Below, piece by piece: positions 1-4,969 of a DNA stretch of 20,000 bases; the first letter of the stretch is position 1; every line of letters starts with the position of its first letter. The translations under genes were made by a program, and so were the position numbers. The notes under the pieces were generated by a model that did not search any database, was not told the DNA's origin, and saw nothing but the letters and a program-made list of their open reading frames with translations. This DNA comes from an uncultured virus (IMG/VR IMGVR_UViG_3300015610_000291) (lineage: Duplodnaviria > Heunggongvirae > Uroviricota > Caudoviricetes), in the IMG/VR virus record IMGVR_UViG_3300015610_000291, positions 60,936 through 80,935 of that record. The stretch is one strand, 5' to 3'.

Positions 1-240
1 AAACTCAAGTGCAGGAGCTAACTCAGCAGGGACTACCTGTTGTCGCAAATCATCATCAGAAAACAGGGCATAATCTTCTGGCTTCCACCATGAATGACAG
101 CCCCAATAGATTGCGCCTGTACTGTCAATTAACTTTACAGATAGATTGTTTTCACCACATCCATACAACTCTGCGATTTGATTGATAGCGTCTTTGTGGG
201 CATCGGGGATGATGTTTACTACGGATAAGTTGAATTTCAT
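1..240 (-). CDS. Hypothetical phage protein, 3' end outside the window (MKFNLSVVNIIPDAHKDAINQIAELYGCGENNLSV...YWGCHSWW...)
   Basis: Open frame from ATG at 240 to the window edge. The ATGA overlap with the stop of the upstream 306-aa gene indicates translational coupling. Not in the supplied ORF track. Confidence 0.85.
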   Translation of the reverse strand, partial: MKFNLSVVNIIPDAHKDAINQIAELYGCGENNLSVKLIDSTGAIYWGCHSWWKPEDYALFSDDDLRQQVVPAELAPALEF

Positions 241-1157
241 ACACCAGCCCTCTTGTTGAATTCTCGCGTAATTGCTGAGGTTTCACTAGGAGTTAAAGCC
301 CTGTTAATCACAATCAGTCCACAATGGTCAGTGTTGTCATTGTATGGTGTAGGGATTGTTTGATTTGTGAGAATCTGAGTTCCCACATTTGGAACGGCTC
401 GAATCACTGTGCAGCCTGTGAGTTGTGCAGGTAGTGTTGTTGTAAGCTTGTCGTCTACAGTGTCGTAGTCTAGTCGTTGAGGTGATGCGACAAGTAATGG
501 ACGCATTGATGATGTGGATTGGTAGGCGTGGTTGCCTGCTAGACCCTTAACACTAATATTGTCAATTGTTGCAGTCGTTCCGTTAATTCTTGCCCTAATG
601 TAAACATTGGCTGATTGTGCAACAATGTATTCAGTGTAAGTACCAGCAGTTGCTCTAATAGTCCCCAAGTTTGACCCCATAGCGCAACTAACAGACCCAC
701 CAGAAATACTGATGATAGTGTACGTTACTTTATAGAGCTGACCTACGATGAAGTTCGTTGGGTTTGCTTGTAGCACGAGTGCCCCTGACTCTGCGTTATT
801 GAAATTAACTACCCCACCTGAAATTGTTACTGTTCCGCTTGTTATCCAGCTTGTCGCCCCTGAGCTAAAATCACCATTCAAAACCAATTCAGAACTTAGC
901 GTAAGACCCTTACTCTTATCCAGCATCAACCCTACAGCCTGCCCCACACCAGTGACAGGCACAGTCCCCGCTGCATCTTGATACATTGTAGATAGATCAT
1001 TCGGATCGTAAGCAAAACCTTGCTCATTGTTTGCGAATAGGGATTTGATGATTTGGTTAAGTGTCAAATTAAAAACATTACCAACATTACCAAATGTTCT
1101 TGAAAAAATACTACTTATATCATTACTCAACACTGAGGATTTTCTTGAATAGATCAT
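237..1157 (-). CDS. Putative virion-associated (head/tail fibre or decoration-like) protein with a central carbohydrate-binding-module-like beta domain
   Basis: 306-aa ORF rich in Thr/Ser/Gly/Asn. The N-terminal LFANNEQGFAYDPNDLSTMYQDAAG...VGLMLDKS segment resembles phage structural proteins. ELVLNGDFSSGATSW resembles the start of CBM4/9-like modules. Function is inferred. Confidence 0.6.
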   Translation of the reverse strand: MIYSRKSSVLSNDISSIFSRTFGNVGNVFNLTLNQIIKSLFANNEQGFAYDPNDLSTMYQDAAGTVPVTGVGQAVGLMLDKSKGLTLSSELVLNGDFSSGATSWITSGTVTISGGVVNFNNAESGALVLQANPTNFIVGQLYKVTYTIISISGGSVSCAMGSNLGTIRATAGTYTEYIVAQSANVYIRARINGTTATIDNISVKGLAGNHAYQSTSSMRPLLVASPQRLDYDTVDDKLTTTLPAQLTGCTVIRAVPNVGTQILTNQTIPTPYNDNTDHCGLIVINRALTPSETSAITREFNKRAGV

Positions 1158-1159
1158 AG

Positions 1160-1411
1160 TTATACTTCTGATGTTAAGACAGTAATTTCAATAGTTTCTG
1201 CTGTTGGTGTCCATGCCCATAAAGGAAAACCAGCAGAAACAGATAGGTCGTTAGTTAAGATTTGACAATAAGGCGTAGTTAAAGGGTTTGGAGAAGCTGT
1301 TGTACAAGTAAAGCGTGTATTAGAACCACGAATCTCTTGGATATAAGCAGCCTTAGTTCCATTTAAGATTTGTGTTGGAGTTTGTGTTAGTGTAAATTTT
1401 TGAGCAGCCAT
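1160..1411 (-). CDS. Small beta-rich hypothetical protein, possibly virion-associated
   Basis: 83-aa ORF with AAGAGA SD-like sequence, 2 nt from the next gene in the same orientation. Confidence 0.75.
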   Translation of the reverse strand: MAAQKFTLTQTPTQILNGTKAAYIQEIRGSNTRFTCTTASPNPLTTPYCQILTNDLSVSAGFPLWAWTPTAETIEITVLTSEV

Positions 1412-1855
1412 TTTTATATCTCTTATTCAATTGTTTTTAGAATCTTGTATTATTGTATGTATTAACGACCACTCTAACCTGTCTTAATACTGAGAACACA
1501 GAAGTTGTTCCCCTCTCCACAACTAAAGCTGACATTGCATCAGCTAAATGTTATTATTTATTGTTGTTTTCTTTCTTATTATAAAACTGATTTATCAAGT
1601 AGGGCGTATGTTAAACTTAGCTGATACTATGTAACCACGAATGCTTACACTAACGGTTCGTTCAATAGTCTTTTAGACTTCCACCTACCTCTGTTTACAC
1701 CTAACAGATTCGTCACAAAGGGTTGTTATATGCAAGGATGACGGTGAACATATACAACTAACATCTTACGATTGATAAAACTGAATCAGTTGGTAGTCTA
1801 TTCCTGCCTGTCAACTATCGTCACCCTCCTCAACTAAACAGAGACTTTGGGAGGC

Positions 1856-1904
1856 TATGAGACCCATAAGGGTTTCTGTGTATCTCAACACTTCATCAGT
1901 CATA
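1856..1904 (-). ncRNA. Type I hammerhead ribozyme
   Basis: Minus strand reads TATGA-CTGATGA-A-GTGT-TGAGAT-ACAC-A-GAAA-CCC-TTAT-GGG-TC^TCATA. It shows the CUGAUGA and GAAA core, stems I, II and III, and a GUC cleavage triplet (cut predicted between 1861 and 1860). Stem I can extend via CAGAGAC (1912-1918) / GTCTCTG (1839-1845). Confidence 0.85.
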
Positions 1905-1996
1905 TTAACTTGTCTCTGCCTGAGCAACTACTTCGATAGTGGTGTTGCTGTAGGACTATTTTGTCTTTCGACAATCTTTAATATACAGGATACCCA

Positions 1997-2224
1997 TCAA
2001 TAGATGGGATTCTTCTGAGGAGTAACACAACCATAAAACATTTGCTGTTCTACAATACCTTCAAACTTTACATCTTTATTATAATCTAAATCTCGTAAAC
2101 TCTTATTCACTTCATCACGACAGACATTACAGAAAGTTTCCTCAATCTTCGACCCATCAGAGAGTGTTCTCATTCCTGTTGTTCTTCGTAGCACTACGTT
2201 ACAGCATACACATCTACCTGACAT
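1997..2224 (-). CDS. Small Cys4 zinc-finger-like protein
   Basis: CVCC...CNVC motifs. SD GAGGTG precedes the ATG at 2224. It is the only conventional CDS within the RNA island. Confidence 0.8.
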   Translation of the reverse strand: MSGRCVCCNVVLRRTTGMRTLSDGSKIEETFCNVCRDEVNKSLRDLDYNKDVKFEGIVEQQMFYGCVTPQKNPIY

Positions 2225-2288
2225 CAAACACCTCTTATTATTATCTTAAATACTTCCCTTTTACCGACACAGATAAGGGTGATCTGCT

Positions 2289-2750
2289 ATGAGGACAATT
2301 CTTTACCTGCCCTGTCTAGATTGTTTTATCTTCGTATAAGATACTTCTGTCAACACAAGGAACGCATTAATCTTCTCTTACACCACGACAATCCTAAGCG
2401 TACTTGTTAAACTTGTTTTAACATCTTAAACATGAAGTAATCTGTAACGACATTGCAAATAGTTACACAGACAGTCTAAATTAACGCGCTTGGGATAATC
2501 ATCAACAACTGAAAGGATGCTCTCGACCAATTACTTCTGTTTAAAATCTCATTAATTAGATTGACTAACTTCACAGATTAGTCTTGAGGGATATGAATAA
2601 TATTCAACATCCAACACCGTTTAATAGCCTACCTATTAGCACCCACCACACAACTCAGTAACGCCAAGTCAATTGTGTGTTTGTTTCACTACATCTTTCA
2701 GGGATGGTTGTATTTACTCGTTACCCTCAACAACCTCATGTGCATGACTT
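2289..2750 (-). ncRNA. Candidate large structured, multi-pseudoknot ncRNA downstream of the tRNAs
   Basis: No credible ORF. Many complementary segment pairs, several crossing: 2724-2730/2584-2590, 2719-2724/2658-2663, 2695-2701/2509-2515, 2530-2544/2426-2441, 2486-2496/2391-2401, 2468-2474/2312-2318. Boundaries are approximate. Confidence 0.55.
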
Positions 2751-2757
2751 TAAAATT

Positions 2758-2845
2758 TGGCAGAGAGCATCTTAATCGAAAAGAATGCACAAAGTACACA
2801 ATCTGTTTAGCAAACAGTTTCCAAGACCTCTTGGATTTACTCTCT
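2758..2845 (-). tRNA. tRNA-Ser(GCT), divergent T arm
   Basis: Acceptor AGAGAGT/GCTCTCT, G73 discriminator, encoded CCA. Anticodon arm CTGT-TT-GCT-AA-ACAG, long variable arm, T loop TTCGATT closed by T-A instead of G-C. Confidence 0.8.
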
Positions 2846-2846
2846 G

Positions 2847-2937
2847 TGGCGGAAGGTGAGAGGGTCGAACTCTCAAGGCTTTTACACTCGACTGTTTTCA
2901 AGACAGCTCCCATCGCCAGCTATTGGGTTGACCTTCC
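2847..2937 (-). tRNA. tRNA-Ser(TGA)
   Basis: GGAAGGT/ACCTTCC acceptor, G73 and CCA. Anticodon arm GCTGT-CT-TGA-AA-ACAGT, long variable arm, T arm GAGAG-TTCGACC-CTCTC. Confidence 0.96.
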
Positions 2938-3250
2938 AGATGACCTCTTGTGAACACGGGAGAGGTCTTAACCGTTTTACACACAAGACAACATGGTCTG
3001 CTGCACGCAACAGATAAGATAGTCTGCTATCTCGTATCTTTCAATCTACATTTCAACCAACAAATCCCGAAGCAATTGCGTCTATCGGAGGAGGTTAGGT
3101 AGTGGAACACCTATTAAGTAACCAAACAGTTTGAGCGTCTATCGAAGTGTCCCGATACAGCACAAGAGCAACCTCTCATTCTAGGCTTGTTTGGTGTTAT
3201 TTAACTACAAATCCCAACCTTCGTTTATGGTTTTAGGATTACATCCTTCT

Positions 3251-3283
3251 TTACCAAATCTCCTACAATCTGATACCTTCTTT
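3251..3283 (-). repeat. Copy 1 of a 33-bp motif (AAAGAA-NN-TATCAGATTGTAGGAGATTTGGTAA), inverted relative to 4257-4289
   Basis: 3251-3275 is the exact reverse complement of 4265-4289. Identity extends to 31 of 33 bp. Confidence 0.95.
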
Positions 3284-3286
3284 CAT
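3263..3286 (-). CDS. Putative 7-aa minigene MKEGIRL
   Basis: GGAG SD at 3294-3297, 7-nt spacer, ATG AAA GAA GGT ATC AGA TTG TAG. Lies 24 nt downstream of the tRNA-like RNA. Confidence 0.35.
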   Translation of the reverse strand: MKEGIRL

Positions 3287-3310
3287 AGAATTTCTCCGAT
3301 TATAGAAATT

Positions 3311-3398
3311 TGGAGTCCTCACAGTGAATCGAACACTTCGGCTACCTTCCCTCTGTTTAATGCCACAAGCTTAGAAGACTCGTGAGGGGAGCAAGGAC
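3311..3398 (-). ncRNA. Atypical tRNA-like RNA with Arg(TCT) anticodon loop, 8/4 acceptor/T fold and no canonical D arm
   Basis: GTCCTTGC/GTGAGGAC 8-bp acceptor plus T-CCA. T arm AGTG-TTCGATT-CACT. Anticodon hairpin CACGAGT-CT-TCT-AA-GCTTGTG. TCCCCT/AGAGGGA helix sits where the D arm would be. Confidence 0.75.
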
Positions 3399-3429
3399 AA
3401 CAATTAGTGTCGGTTACAATTATCCGACT

Positions 3430-3599
3430 CCACTAGCTAACTGTATTCCGAAGGAGATGACAGAATAAAGTCAGATGGATGACATAGGAGACAACTTTAA
3501 ATCTTGGAGTAGGGTTGGTGTCCCTACGGCTTGCAAGAGGAGTAGGAGTTCCTGATCAAGCACCTTCAGCGACAAGAATTAACATGTATTTTCTAGTGG
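3430..3599 (-). ncRNA. Candidate ~170-nt sRNA with multiple anti-Shine-Dalgarno (CUCC/CUCCU) motifs
   Basis: Starts right after the promoter at 3610-3638. Ends pair (CCACTAG 3593-3599 with CTAGTGG 3430-3436). Five CUCC motifs, four of them CUCCU. No credible ORF. Confidence 0.55.
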
Positions 3600-3609
3600 C
3601 TATATAGAC

Positions 3610-3638
3610 ATATTAACCCACGATCTTCAACCTGTCAA
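3610..3638 (-). promoter_or_regulatory. sigma70-type promoter of the RNA island
   Basis: TTGACA-17 bp-TAATAT on the minus strand. Predicted start near 3603. Confidence 0.8.
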
Positions 3639-4096
3639 CCCCTTTTCAGCACATAAACCAACCAAAACACACAAAAATATCAAAATTTATATAAATTCTT
3701 ATGAAATTTACACCAAATCACGTTTAATTCACAACAACTAGCACCAAATGGGTATAAATTTAATAAAATACGTTCTTGTCTAAGAGCAACACCAAACACA
3801 ATTAGTCAAGATAACGCAGTTAAACCTGTTTACACCTCAAACAGAAGTGATTATATAAATTATACATACAAAGACTAAATGAGATACATTCTTAATAAGA
3901 ATACTACTGTATGTGATCTAATCCCTATTAGATATGTAATAAGAATATTAATATATATACTAATTATATATATATAGTTTATTATATTTATATAAATAAA
4001 TCTAATTGTCTAGAATCATACATAGCTCATGTATTCTAGATATATAATATTATTTGTTTTTAATTAATATAGCTAATCCCCTTACCCCTTGATTTA

Positions 4097-4125
4097 AATT
4101 TAACATCGGTGTCAAGTCTTGTCAA
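4097..4125 (-). promoter_or_regulatory. Second leftward sigma70-type promoter
   Basis: TTGACA-17 bp-TAAATT with a TGn extended -10. Confidence 0.5.
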
Positions 4126-4214
4126 GTACCTAAAATCAAAGTTTTTTGTAACAATGACGTAAGTGTAAGAAAAATAAGAAATTAAATATATTTTGGTTTG
4201 TGTGCTAAAACCTA

Positions 4215-4243
4215 TTGACGTAGCTAAATTCTAGTTGTATAAT
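4215..4243 (+). promoter_or_regulatory. sigma70-type promoter of the rightward gene cluster
   Basis: TTGACG-17 bp-TATAAT. Confidence 0.85.
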
Positions 4244-4256
4244 CGAACTTAGAAAC

Positions 4257-4289
4257 AAAGAAATTATCAGATTGTAGGAGATTTGGTAA
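4257..4289 (+). repeat. Copy 2 of the 33-bp motif, forming a leader hairpin with a TGTAGGAG loop
   Basis: AATTATCAGAT-TGTAGGAG-ATTTGGTAATT hairpin about 12 nt after the predicted start. Matches 3251-3283 on the opposite strand. Confidence 0.9.
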
Positions 4290-4327
4290 TTCTAAACAAA
4301 CTAATTTAGCTAAAGAGGAAATATATT

Positions 4328-4678
4328 ATGGCGTTTGTAGTAAATCAAGATGAGACTGTATCGGTAACAGCGTACTCATTGCACGAGTTTGCATTTGACC
4401 TAGCTTATCTAGGAAGTAAAGGTTTTACACCTTCACTTGAGAATAAGTACTGTCCGTGGGGAGGTATCTCAGGTGGTATGTATAACGCAACATTGGTGAA
4501 GTTGACTGATTATTACATTGACTTACAAGGTAATCACATCAACGCTCCGAAAGATGATGTTGAAGTAGCTGTTGAGAGTGTAAAGCAAGTGACAACATCT
4601 AGTGTTGAACAAGATGTAGAAGAAACTCCACCAGTTGTGCAAACAACTCGTACACGAAATAAGAAAACAAATACGTGA
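4328..4678 (+). CDS. Hypothetical protein with a low-complexity C-terminal tail
   Basis: 116-aa ORF, SD AGAGGA, first gene after the promoter. Confidence 0.85.
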   Translation: MAFVVNQDETVSVTAYSLHEFAFDLAYLGSKGFTPSLENKYCPWGGISGGMYNATLVKLTDYYIDLQGNHINAPKDDVEVAVESVKQVTTSSVEQDVEETPPVVQTTRTRNKKTNT

Positions 4679-4686
4679 GGTGTTGA

Positions 4687-4881
4687 ATGACAGAGGAACG
4701 AAAGTTTGTGTTGGAATTAATCAAATTATTAGTTCCTCCTGAACATTATAAAATTATGTGCGGTTGTGATACAGAAAGTCTTAAAGATTATTGTCTAGGT
4801 ACAATAGAAACAAGAGTCCTAGCTATTGATTATCTGATTGGTAGGTTAGAACACTTCGACAAGGTTACAGAAACAAACTAA
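4687..4881 (+). CDS. Hypothetical protein
   Basis: 64-aa ORF, SD GAGGTG. Confidence 0.8.
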   Translation: MTEERKFVLELIKLLVPPEHYKIMCGCDTESLKDYCLGTIETRVLAIDYLIGRLEHFDKVTETN

Positions 4882-4900
4882 AATAAATTAACACAACATC

Positions 4901-4930
4901 TTGCATATCTTCTTGGTGTTGTGTTATAAA
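4901..4930 (+). promoter_or_regulatory. Putative promoter embedded in an inverted repeat upstream of phoH
   Basis: TTGCAT-18 bp-TATAAA with TGn. Inverted repeat TAACACAACA/TGTTGTGTTA at about 4889-4926. Confidence 0.5.
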
Positions 4931-4969
4931 AGATTATATTATTCAATATAACAACGAAGGAGATGTAGA

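Noticed and set aside
53..59. Second CTGATGA (minus strand) as another hammerhead
   Set aside because: It lies inside a CDS (Ser-Asp-Asp codons) with no stem II-GAAA arrangement.
748..981. Antisense ORFs 748-981, 5398-5667, 5513-5740, 8499-8702, 9893-10111 and 19447-19674
   Set aside because: All lie opposite well-supported genes and have no translation signals.
1660..1975. Group I intron (ATAGTCC, CAGAGAC and GACTA resemble S and R elements)
   Set aside because: The best-looking elements are in the wrong order, no P3-P7 core could be built by hand, and no interrupted gene flanks the region. A covariance-model search should still be run.
2825..2950. 9-bp direct repeat GACCTCTTG flanking tRNA-Ser(TGA) as a target-site duplication
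   Set aside because: One copy is part of the D arm of tRNA-Ser(GCT) and the other part of a hairpin. It is short and no mobile element is present.
2675..2953. ORFs 2675-2953 (+) and 2698-2913 (-)
   Set aside because: They overlap two tRNA-Ser genes and lack SDs, so they are shadow frames.
3200..3310. HDV-like (theta) ribozyme at the tRNA 3' trailers
   Set aside because: No nested double pseudoknot starting right after any tRNA end was evident, and all three RNAs encode CCA.
3191..3385. 64-aa plus-strand ORF
   Set aside because: Antisense to the tRNA-like RNA, TTG start, no SD.
3311..3398. Selenocysteine tRNA or tmRNA interpretation of the 8-bp acceptor RNA
   Set aside because: The anticodon is UCU, not UCA. 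There is no D arm or Sec-type variable arm and no G3-U70 alanine identity. The minigene has its own SD and ATG, unlike a tmRNA tag.
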